From the NCBI GenBank assembly GCA_027008345.1, contig JALTBU010000203.1, positions 1 to 58,425 on the forward strand: a DNA stretch of 58,425 nucleotides, written 5' to 3'. The notes under the pieces are model-generated. The model did not search any database, was not told where the DNA came from, and saw only the letters and a list, made by a program, of their open reading frames with translations. Below are positions 18,321-27,052 of this stretch, piece after piece (positions within the stretch are counted from its first letter, which is position 1; each line of letters starts with the position of its first letter). This DNA is from Nautiliaceae bacterium. Lineage in GTDB: Bacteria > Campylobacterota > Campylobacteria > Campylobacterales > Nautiliaceae. The position numbers and the translations under genes are program-made.

Positions 18321-18956
18321 TTGAAAATAGCTTTAATTGAAGATGAGTCTCTCATAAGAGAAACCTTACATGAACTTCTTCAAACCGAATATGAAACAGA
18401 AAGCTTTGAAAATATAAAAGAATTCTTAAAAACCGACAAAAAATTTGACATAATTGTCGGAGATATAAACCTGCCTGATGGTAATTTATTGAATGAACTG
18501 AGAAAATTCCCACATTTAATCGAAAACTCATTACTTATTATTATCTCAGCAGATGGAAATATTGAAAACATTAAAAAATCATTTGATTTAGGTGCTGTAG
18601 ATTTTATAAAAAAACCATTTGAATTTGAAGAACTCTTACTTAGAATCGAAAGATTTATAAAAAAGAATAAAAATATAAAATTAAGTGATAATATATTTTA
18701 TTCACCCTCAAAAAAAGTTTTAATTATTGATAATGAAACAGTAAACCTTACATTTAAAGAATCTGCGTTTTTAGAACTTTTAATAGAAAAAAACGGTGCG
18801 TATGCCACATTCGAAGAAATCGAAAATACAGTATGGGGAGAGCCTATAATGGCTAATACATTAGCCGCTCTTGTTAAAAGATTAAGAAAAAAACTTAAAA
18901 AAGATTTAATAGAATCCAAGCGATATTTAGGATATCGGTTAATAAAATCATCTTAA
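18321..18956 (+). CDS. OmpR/PhoB-type response regulator
   Basis: 211 aa with a TTG start. Receiver residues are present (IEDES, DIIVGDINLPDGN, IIISA, DFIKKPF). The C-terminal winged helix ends in RYLGYRLI. Confidence 0.9.
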   Translation: MKIALIEDESLIRETLHELLQTEYETESFENIKEFLKTDKKFDIIVGDINLPDGNLLNELRKFPHLIENSLLIIISADGNIENIKKSFDLGAVDFIKKPFEFEELLLRIERFIKKNKNIKLSDNIFYSPSKKVLIIDNETVNLTFKESAFLELLIEKNGAYATFEEIENTVWGEPIMANTLAALVKRLRKKLKKDLIESKRYLGYRLIKSS

Positions 18957-19086
18957 TATCATATTTTATATTTACAATTGCATAAAAAACAATAAAGGTT
19001 AAACAATTTTTAAAAAGAAGACTCAAAATCTGGCAAAAATTTTTTTCCATGATCTTAAAAATAAACTTTTAGGAATAAAATTAATA

Positions 19087-20823
19087 TTGAGTCTTGCGAA
19101 AAAAAAACCTGAAAAAACAAACGAAATCTTTGACAAAGTACATAAAAACATAGATGAGAGTATTGATTTAATAAAAGATTATCTGAGTTTAGAACAATAT
19201 AAAAAAACAAAATTTTTAAAGCATTCGAGTTTTTGTTTAAACTCTTTAATTGAAGAAATTTTACATGAACTTGAAAATGAAATAAATAAAAAAAATATTT
19301 CAGTCCATTATAGTGTTACCGAAGAAAATTTAATTATAAAAACAAACAAAGAATGGCTTAAAAAAGCACTTTTTAACATAATACACAATGCCGTAAAATA
19401 CAATAAACAAAATGGTCATCTTTTTATAAATATTGAATATACAAAAAATGGCTATCTTCTAATAGTTAAAGATACAGGCATAGGAATAAGTAAAAAAGAC
19501 AAAGAAAAAATTTTCGAAAGATATTATACCAAGGATAAAGATGGCAGCGGAATCGGGCTCAATTTTTCAAAGACGGTAATAGAATCCCTTGGAGGCAAAA
19601 TAAAATTTGATTCAGTCTTCAATAAAGGCACGGTATTTTATATATATCTTCCAAAAATAAGTAAAAAAATTAAGCTGAAAATGTTAGCTTCAGCATTAGC
19701 AGGATTTTTTATTGTCTCTTTTATAACAATAGATTATTTTTATTGTTTAATTCCTCAAAAAGTGCAAATAAAAATTTCCGGAAATATTAAAATAATAAAA
19801 TTTGAAAACGGGATTGTTGCAAAAGCCAATAAAAATGACGAAATCAAAATAATAGCTTATAAAAACATATTTAATACTAAAACAAGAAACAAATTAATCT
19901 TACAAAAATCAGATATTGAAATAGCTACAAATGGCAATAAGATTAAAGTTATAACTCCAAATACTTCTTTTAGCAATTTAGGAACAAAGTTTGAAACAGT
20001 GGCAAAAGATAAAACTGCAATCAGTGTATTTGACGGAAAAATAAAAAATAAAAGAACAGTAGTAAATACAGATGAAGGGCTTATAGTTTCAAAAACCATA
20101 CAAAAAGTTCCTTTGCCCCAAAAAATATCTTATCTAAAAATACAAAACAAACCAAAAACTATAATAAGATGGTCAAGTCCTTATAAATATTTTAAAATTT
20201 TAATATCAAAAGATCGATCTTTTTCAAATCCTCCTATTTATGGCTTTTATACTGCTAACAAAATAATTTCTCCTAGTTTAAACGATGGAATATGGTATAT
20301 CAATATCAAAGCAAAACATAACGACCTTTATTCAATACCAGTTGTTAAAAAATTTATATCTTTAAATAATTATTATAAAGCTTTAAATTATTATAAAAAC
20401 AATAATATTCAAGAAGCTCTTAAATATATCGAAAAAAGCGTCTCAACAATAAACCATATATCTCCGTTGCCATATTATTTATATGCTAAAATACTTTTTA
20501 AATTAAAAAATTACAAAAAGTCATTAAAATATATAAAAGAAGGAGAAAAAGTGGGGCAAAAAGAAAAAATAAAATTATTAAAAGCGAAAATATTTTATTT
20601 AAAAGGAAAATATAAAAAAGTTATAGAAATTCTAAAAAACCCTTCAAATGAAGAAGAAAAATTACTTGTGGCAAAAGCATTTTATAAATTGGGTAAATAT
20701 AAAATTGCCAACAAATATTTATACAGGATACTTGAAATAAATCCTGATAATAAAGAAGCAAAAAAATTTTTAACATTTCCAAAAGGTTTAAAAAAGCAAG
20801 GATTTTCAAATGCATTTAATTGA
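19087..20823 (+). CDS. atypical sensor histidine kinase: N-terminal kinase core, one TM helix, extracytoplasmic FecR-like plus TPR region
   Basis: The HATPase_c boxes are present: N box NIIHNAVKYNKQNG, G1 VKDTGIGIS, F box IFERYY, G2 GSGIGLNFS. A TM helix follows (LASALAGFFIVSFITIDYFYCLI), then a FecR-like stretch (TPNTSFSNLGTKFETVAKDKTAISVFDGKIK), then TPR-like repeats. The H-box FFHDLKNKL lies in frame upstream of the called start, so the true 5' end is probably near 19003-19030 (see findings). Confidence 0.8.
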   Translation: MSLAKKKPEKTNEIFDKVHKNIDESIDLIKDYLSLEQYKKTKFLKHSSFCLNSLIEEILHELENEINKKNISVHYSVTEENLIIKTNKEWLKKALFNIIHNAVKYNKQNGHLFINIEYTKNGYLLIVKDTGIGISKKDKEKIFERYYTKDKDGSGIGLNFSKTVIESLGGKIKFDSVFNKGTVFYIYLPKISKKIKLKMLASALAGFFIVSFITIDYFYCLIPQKVQIKISGNIKIIKFENGIVAKANKNDEIKIIAYKNIFNTKTRNKLILQKSDIEIATNGNKIKVITPNTSFSNLGTKFETVAKDKTAISVFDGKIKNKRTVVNTDEGLIVSKTIQKVPLPQKISYLKIQNKPKTIIRWSSPYKYFKILISKDRSFSNPPIYGFYTANKIISPSLNDGIWYINIKAKHNDLYSIPVVKKFISLNNYYKALNYYKNNNIQEALKYIEKSVSTINHISPLPYYLYAKILFKLKNYKKSLKYIKEGEKVGQKEKIKLLKAKIFYLKGKYKKVIEILKNPSNEEEKLLVAKAFYKLGKYKIANKYLYRILEINPDNKEAKKFLTFPKGLKKQGFSNAFN

Positions 20824-22126
20824 TATTATAAATAAATCGGATATCGCTTTAATAGAAGGTGCAAGTAAACTTGGAAAATTAACATTCGCACTTTATGCAT
20901 ATTCTCAAAACGAAAAAATAGAAAAAGTAACAATTTTATCCTCAATCCAGAAAAAATTGATGCAAAAAAGAATCCACTCAATTCAAAATTTAAATGATGA
21001 AAATATTAATAAGTTATTGAAAAATATTGAATTTTTATGCTTGAAAGAAAATTGGCTTGAAATAAAATCTTCTTATGGATTTGATTTCATTTATGAAGAC
21101 ATTGAAAGAATAGTACAAAATACTAAATGTGATGCAATAATACTTCACAGGCCTGATTTGATGTTTAGTAATAGCGAATACGATCTTGCAAGATTGTTTC
21201 TTGAAAAATTTATTGAAATTGCAAACAATTATGGGAAAAAAACATTTATTACAAGTGATATGAATCATTTTATCACAGAATTTTTAGAAAATTACACAGA
21301 TATTTCTATGCAGATGAAAAAAAAAGACAATATAAGAAAAATAATAATAAAACATTCTTTGTATCCCGTAACATCAAATTTATACGATTTCATTTTTAAA
21401 AACAACAAATTTGAACTTATAAATGAAAAAGAAAATTCTAATATTGATATTGTAACATCCAAAAATGATATGTTAGTTATTTCACAAGATGAAAGATTCA
21501 AAAAAATACATTCCTATATTTTTAGTAAATATTTTAATATAGAATTTGCATCAAACCTCAGCGAGGTTATAAAAAAAATAGAAAACAAACCTGAAATAAT
21601 AATTTATCAAGACCAAGAAACGATTCCTGAATTTGATATCTGTAATACAGTAAAAAATATATCACCTCATTCAAATATTATTTTTATACTAAATAAAGAC
21701 TATATAAGAGCAGAAGATAAAATGGATGCTATACAATCAAAATGTTATGAAGTTTTTAGCAGAAACTTTAATCTTGAAGAATATATTTTAACCATAGAAA
21801 AAATAAATCAAAATTTTTTCTATTCAAATAAACTCAAACTTTTACCTCCCCAAAAAATTGCAACTAATTATGAAAATTTCTGTAAAGCCATTAAATCACT
21901 TTATAATGAAAGAATATTTTTCTCAGTAGTAGAATATTCTGAATTTAAAGATGAAATAATAAGCAGACTAAGAACCCATGATATTATTTATAAAAAAGAC
22001 GAGCTTATTTATCTTTGTCTTGTAAATGTAACCAAAGAGATGTTTGAAAGTAATTTAAAAGAAAAATTAGAATTAACAGATAAATACCATTTTATTGAAG
22101 CCATAGAGTGGGACGGTAAATGCTAA
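20810..22126 (+). CDS. RecA/KaiC-like (degenerate P-loop) plus receiver-like plus GGDEF-remnant protein; BcsE-like architecture (hypothesis)
   Basis: 438 aa. Residues 17-24 read GASKLGKL, which is GxxxxGK followed by Leu rather than Ser/Thr. Residues 221-330 or so have a receiver-like alternation (MLVISQDE...PEIIIYQDQE...IIFILNKD...EVFSRNF). The C-terminus reads FFSVVEYSEFKDEIISRLRTHDIIYKKDELIYLCLV. It overlaps both neighbouring genes. Confidence 0.6.
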   Translation: MHLIDIINKSDIALIEGASKLGKLTFALYAYSQNEKIEKVTILSSIQKKLMQKRIHSIQNLNDENINKLLKNIEFLCLKENWLEIKSSYGFDFIYEDIERIVQNTKCDAIILHRPDLMFSNSEYDLARLFLEKFIEIANNYGKKTFITSDMNHFITEFLENYTDISMQMKKKDNIRKIIIKHSLYPVTSNLYDFIFKNNKFELINEKENSNIDIVTSKNDMLVISQDERFKKIHSYIFSKYFNIEFASNLSEVIKKIENKPEIIIYQDQETIPEFDICNTVKNISPHSNIIFILNKDYIRAEDKMDAIQSKCYEVFSRNFNLEEYILTIEKINQNFFYSNKLKLLPPQKIATNYENFCKAIKSLYNERIFFSVVEYSEFKDEIISRLRTHDIIYKKDELIYLCLVNVTKEMFESNLKEKLELTDKYHFIEAIEWDGKC

Positions 22127-25100
22127 AAAAAGCATTGATTTTTTTTATGTTTTCAATATTAATTTTAGCCGATACATTGGAAATTGATGCTAACCAACTT
22201 GAAAAAGAGATATTAAAAAACCCAAATGATATATTAAACCGTTTAATACTTGCAAAATATTATGAAAATCACAAAAATTATAAAAAAGCTTTAATTTTTA
22301 TAAACCAGATTTTGGAAAAAGATCCAAAAAATAAAAAGGCATTGTTATTAAAAAAAGAGATATTATCTTTCCAAAATACACAAAAACTTAATGAAAAATA
22401 CGGAAATCTCGATAAATATATAAACAATCTTTATGAAAAAGAAAAATATAAAGAAATACTTTCTTTTTATACAAAGTATAAACCTTTATTAAAACCAAAA
22501 ACCCTTATTAAAATAGCAAGAATCGCAATGTGGGAAGGAGATTACGATCTTTCTTTAAAGATATTAAATTCTTTTAAAGAAAATAATTTGGATGTATTGG
22601 AAATAAAAGCATATGATTATTTCTTCAAAGGCGATTATATTAAAGCAAACAGATTATTTAAAATCCTTTATAATGCAACCGGACAAAAAGATTATGGAAT
22701 AAAACTTATTGAGACATATATTCGGCTCGGCGATGCATTAAGTGCAAAAAAAGTGCTTTATTCTTTGAAATACAAACTTTCAAAACAAGAATACCAAAAA
22801 TATTTTAATTTAATTGAAAAAAAACTTTTTTCTTACATAAATATATTAAAAAAGCAATATACAAAAAATCCTACATATAAAAATTTAAAAAAATTTATCA
22901 TTGCATTATATGATTTACAACCTGATGAAGCAATAGAAATTGTAAAAAATTATCTCAAAAACAACCCTGAAAATTTCAAAGCCAAAATTTTACTGGCTAA
23001 ATTATATATATGGAAAGGAGAAACACAAAAAGCAACAAAAATTTTGGATACTTTTACAGATACAGACAATTATCAGGCAAAACTGCTTTATGGAAAAATT
23101 CTTGCTTGGAATGGAATGTATAAAAAAGCCAAAATATTTTTAATGGATGTATATCAAAATGGAAATACAAAACAAAAATATGAAGCATTAAAAATGCTCG
23201 GATTTATAGAAATGTGGCAAAATCATAAAGAAAATGCAAAAAAAATTTTTGAAAAACTTTATAAAATAAATCCAAAAGATGAAGAAGTAAAAGAAGCACT
23301 TATGATTTTAAAAGGAAAAATAAAACCACTTATTATCAAATATGAAAAACTTCTAAAAAAATATCCCAATAATATGGATTATGTACTGAAATTAGCTGAT
23401 TTATATTATATGCTCCCAAACTATGAAAAAGCGGCAAAATATTATGAAATCTATCTTCAACACAATCCTGATAAAATAGAAATATATAAAACGCTTGGAG
23501 ATATTTATCTTGAATTAAAAAAATATTATAAAGGTTTTTCAGACTGGGAATATTATGCAGCTATAAAAAACACCCCTGACGCATATCTTGAATTAGCAAA
23601 AAGATATTACTGGAATGGTTTTATGAAAGAATCATTAGATATTTTAAATAAACTCATAAATAAATATCCAAATTACAAACAGGCAATAGAACTAAAAGCT
23701 AAAATTTTAAAAATAAATCCAAGATATCTTAATTATAATTATGAAACGGCTATTGAAAAATATTTCAACAACAGAGCCCAAAAACTATTAATTTATGGAG
23801 ACAGAAGTTATTTTGCAGGTTTTTATAAGACTGCCCAAAATTATTATAAAGATTATCTTTTTATAAATCCAGATGACGCAAATGTAAGGGAAAAATATGC
23901 TTATACACTTGAATTTACCGGTAATTATTCGACTGCGGCAGGAGAGTTTTATAATCTGTTTTGGTATAAAAAAAACCCAATTATAGAATATCATTATGCA
24001 TATTGTTTGCAAAAATCAGGGAAACTAAAAGAAGCTAAAAAAATATATGAAAAATTACTTAACGAAGTACCAAAACCACTTCCGGAAAAATTAAAAAAAT
24101 TTATTTATAACTGGAAAAAAGCATGGGAAAGTATGAATTTTGAAAAATATGCTTCATTTTATGACAACAAAATAAAAAACAACATTTATTGGAGATTAAA
24201 AAAACAAAATATTTTTAAAAAAGCAGGTTTTATAAGCGTAGGGATATATAACCCTATTCTACTTCAAAAAAAAAGAAATATTTATAAAATAAAATTTTAT
24301 CAGGTATATGCATCTCAAATCAAAAAAGATAAAGGATATAAAACTTTATGGATAAAATGCAATAAAGACAAATGCCTCATAATAAAAGAAAAATGGTCTC
24401 CAGGTAAATTCAGACCAGATAATCCTGAAAACTCTCTTCTTATCTTGATAAGAGAAAATTTACAAGAAATTGACACTCCAAAGACTATTATAAAAAACAA
24501 TGAAAATATTACCTATGAAAATATACCGTCAAAAAAACAAAATAAAAACAGCATTCAAGACGAAAACAACCTTATACAGCCAAATGACTTTATGCCTTTG
24601 AATAAAATTTTAAAAAAAAAAGAAACTAAAATAACACTTGCTGAAAAAAACATTACAAGAGAAACAAACACTTCTTTAATCAAAGAAAATTTAAATATTG
24701 AAAAATTTAAGATAGTAAAAGTTACAAAAAAAAACGCAATAACCAAAGAAATTAAAAAAAGACCACCTAATTATTTTTTAATTTCATTATATCATTTTCA
24801 TGATAATCAAAAAACTCACTATAATCACATCGAGGCAAAATATTTAAAAAATTTTGGAAGTTTTGACGCCGGCATATTTGTGCGATTTTTTGAAATAAAA
24901 CAAGATTTTAAAAAAGATTCAGGAAACATAACAGCCGGTATTATTAGATACAGAGGATATGAAATAACGGCAGGTATCGATAATGCAAAAAAAAGTGATT
25001 TGTATTTAAATATAAAATCTGAATATAAACACCATAATATAAATATTTTATATGAAAACCTTGTATATTCAAGAAAAACTATATGCTCTTTAATTCATAA

Positions 25101-25575
25101 AAGATTAAAACTTGAAGCAAGCAGATACAAACAGCTTAACAACATAAGAGGTCTTTGGTATTCTATCGCAGGAGAATATATTGATGATGGAAATTTAGTT
25201 TTTACTCCCCAAATTGATTATGATTTTTATAATAATAAAATATTTAATTCGCCATATGCGTTTTTTTTCTCAGGATGGTATCAGTTTAATTCAAAACAGA
25301 CAAATTGTTACTATTCACCTGATAAAACTGATTCTAATCTTGTAGGTATTAAATTTTATCCTAAAAACAAATTTGCAGATATAATGTTTAAAGGAGGGAT
25401 TGGTTATAGCATTTGGGATAAAGCATTTTTATATAAGTTAGGATTTAATGTAACCAAAAATATAAAATTATTCAATATAAATGCAAAGTGTGAATATGCA
25501 AACACTTCACCTGTTAACGCTCCTAATAATTATAAAAGTTATGAGTGTTATTTAAATATGGGAAAAACATGGTAA
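22120..25575 (+). CDS. outer-membrane exopolysaccharide export protein: periplasmic TPR scaffold plus C-terminal beta-barrel (PgaA/BcsC/PelB-like architecture)
   Basis: 1151 aa with a signal peptide (MLKKALIFFMFSILILA). About 650 aa of TPR repeats come first, then a small globular insert and a low-complexity Asn/Lys linker. The last 270 aa or so have alternating-hydrophobic strands and end in ...YLNMGKTW, a terminal aromatic as in OM barrels. Confidence 0.75.
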   Translation: MLKKALIFFMFSILILADTLEIDANQLEKEILKNPNDILNRLILAKYYENHKNYKKALIFINQILEKDPKNKKALLLKKEILSFQNTQKLNEKYGNLDKYINNLYEKEKYKEILSFYTKYKPLLKPKTLIKIARIAMWEGDYDLSLKILNSFKENNLDVLEIKAYDYFFKGDYIKANRLFKILYNATGQKDYGIKLIETYIRLGDALSAKKVLYSLKYKLSKQEYQKYFNLIEKKLFSYINILKKQYTKNPTYKNLKKFIIALYDLQPDEAIEIVKNYLKNNPENFKAKILLAKLYIWKGETQKATKILDTFTDTDNYQAKLLYGKILAWNGMYKKAKIFLMDVYQNGNTKQKYEALKMLGFIEMWQNHKENAKKIFEKLYKINPKDEEVKEALMILKGKIKPLIIKYEKLLKKYPNNMDYVLKLADLYYMLPNYEKAAKYYEIYLQHNPDKIEIYKTLGDIYLELKKYYKGFSDWEYYAAIKNTPDAYLELAKRYYWNGFMKESLDILNKLINKYPNYKQAIELKAKILKINPRYLNYNYETAIEKYFNNRAQKLLIYGDRSYFAGFYKTAQNYYKDYLFINPDDANVREKYAYTLEFTGNYSTAAGEFYNLFWYKKNPIIEYHYAYCLQKSGKLKEAKKIYEKLLNEVPKPLPEKLKKFIYNWKKAWESMNFEKYASFYDNKIKNNIYWRLKKQNIFKKAGFISVGIYNPILLQKKRNIYKIKFYQVYASQIKKDKGYKTLWIKCNKDKCLIIKEKWSPGKFRPDNPENSLLILIRENLQEIDTPKTIIKNNENITYENIPSKKQNKNSIQDENNLIQPNDFMPLNKILKKKETKITLAEKNITRETNTSLIKENLNIEKFKIVKVTKKNAITKEIKKRPPNYFLISLYHFHDNQKTHYNHIEAKYLKNFGSFDAGIFVRFFEIKQDFKKDSGNITAGIIRYRGYEITAGIDNAKKSDLYLNIKSEYKHHNINILYENLVYSRKTICSLIHKRLKLEASRYKQLNNIRGLWYSIAGEYIDDGNLVFTPQIDYDFYNNKIFNSPYAFFFSGWYQFNSKQTNCYYSPDKTDSNLVGIKFYPKNKFADIMFKGGIGYSIWDKAFLYKLGFNVTKNIKLFNINAKCEYANTSPVNAPNNYKSYECYLNMGKTW

Positions 25576-26873
25576 AAACATTTTTTATAATTTTTTTGTC
25601 AATACTTATTATTTTGATACTTACTTTTTTATTAACCAGTTATTATCAGACTTTTTACAGTTTAAACAATATAATTATAAAATTAGGTATAGGAATAATA
25701 CTTGTATTTATTACTCTAGTAGTCCTTAGATATATGCTTTTATTATTTTTTTCAATTCTTAAAGTAATTATGAAAACAGCTGATGAAAAAAATAAATCTC
25801 TTGCAAAAAGTAATAAAAAAGTTTCAGTTATAATACCTGCTTATAATGAAGAAAAAGTAATTGAACAATCTATGAAAGGAATTATTAATCAGACATATCA
25901 AAATTTAGAATTAATAGTTGTAGATGACGGAAGTACTGACAACACATCATTAAGAGCACAAAAATTTTCTCATCTTCCATTTGTAAAAGTTTTAAAAAAA
26001 TCAAACAGTGGTAAAGCAAATGCAATAAATTATGGAATTGAACACTCAAATGGTGAGCTTATAATGGTAGTTGATGCAGATTCAAAACTTAAAGAAAATG
26101 CAGTTGAATTAATGGCAAAATATTTTGAAGATCCTGATATAGCTGCTGTTGCAGGCTCAGTATATGTCAGTAATCAAGTAAATATACTTACTAAACTTCA
26201 AGCCCTTGAATATATTGAGGGTCTAAATATGGTAAGAAATGGGCAAGCATTTTTAAAACTTGTAAATATTATACCAGGACCTATTGGTATGTTTAGAAAA
26301 CACGCTTTATATGAAGTAGGATTGTATGATGATGATACTTTTGCAGAAGATTGTGATGTGACTCTTAAATTAATTACTCATGGCTATAAAATAGACTTTG
26401 AATCAGAAGCTGTAGCAAAAACAGAAGCACCTGAAAATATTTTTGATTTAATAAAACAAAGATACAGATGGACAAGAGGTATTTTACAAGCTATAAAAAA
26501 ACATAGATCTCTTTTATGGAATTTCAAAAGTAACCCTTCCGCTTCATTTACAATGTGGTATATGCTTTTTGAAGCAATATTGTGGCCTTTTATGGACTTT
26601 TGGGTAAATATGTTTATTATATATCTTGCTATAACAACAGGTGTTTCTCTTCTTATTTTTTATTGGTGGAGCCTTTTTACAATACTTGACGTCGCAGGGG
26701 CACTTTATTGTATACTTATAACTAATGAAAGTTTATCAATAGTATTTTATGCTGTTTTTTACAGATTATTCTTTATTCTTTTTATAAATTTGATTAAAAT
26801 ATTATCAACAATAGAAGAATGGTTTGGGATAGAAATGAACTGGGGTAAACTTGAAAGAAAAGGAAGAATATGA
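25545..26873 (+). CDS. processive family-2 glycosyltransferase/synthase (PgaC/IcaA-like)
   Basis: 442 aa. It has an N-terminal TM region, VSVIIPAYNEEKVIEQS, LIVVDDGSTDNT, VVDADS and the QRYRWTRG (QxxRW) motif, followed by C-terminal TM helices. An alternative start is ATG at 25569 (MVKTFF...). Confidence 0.88.
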   Translation: MLFKYGKNMVKTFFIIFLSILIILILTFLLTSYYQTFYSLNNIIIKLGIGIILVFITLVVLRYMLLLFFSILKVIMKTADEKNKSLAKSNKKVSVIIPAYNEEKVIEQSMKGIINQTYQNLELIVVDDGSTDNTSLRAQKFSHLPFVKVLKKSNSGKANAINYGIEHSNGELIMVVDADSKLKENAVELMAKYFEDPDIAAVAGSVYVSNQVNILTKLQALEYIEGLNMVRNGQAFLKLVNIIPGPIGMFRKHALYEVGLYDDDTFAEDCDVTLKLITHGYKIDFESEAVAKTEAPENIFDLIKQRYRWTRGILQAIKKHRSLLWNFKSNPSASFTMWYMLFEAILWPFMDFWVNMFIIYLAITTGVSLLIFYWWSLFTILDVAGALYCILITNESLSIVFYAVFYRLFFILFINLIKILSTIEEWFGIEMNWGKLERKGRI

Positions 26874-27052
26874 ACCTGCTTGCATTTTTGGCGCTGCTGA
26901 TACTTATAATAACAATAATCACTTTAGTATTCGGTATAATAGCTTATTTTTTATATAAAACAAGGGAAAAAACCAAAAAAAATAGAAATAAAAAACTTAT
27001 TTATGAAGATGTATTAAATGAAGTCGGCGGCAATTATATATTTTTTGAATAG
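26870..27052 (+). CDS. small single-pass membrane protein (possible PgaD/IcaD-like synthase partner)
   Basis: 60 aa. There is an ATGA stop/start overlap with the synthase gene. It has one TM helix (LLAFLALLILIITIITLVFGIIAYFLY) and a basic tail (KTREKTKKNRNKK). The functional analogy comes from position only. Confidence 0.5.
   Translation: MNLLAFLALLILIITIITLVFGIIAYFLYKTREKTKKNRNKKLIYEDVLNEVGGNYIFFE

Noticed and set aside
19031-19047. The A5/T7 homopolymer run (gcaaaaatttttttcc) just before the kinase H-box, considered as a phase-variable slip site that might restore an upstream start.
   Set aside because: The other two frames upstream carry stop codons within a few codons, and no longer ORF could be joined by a +/-1 slip. 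The missing start codon therefore cannot be explained by tract-length variation.
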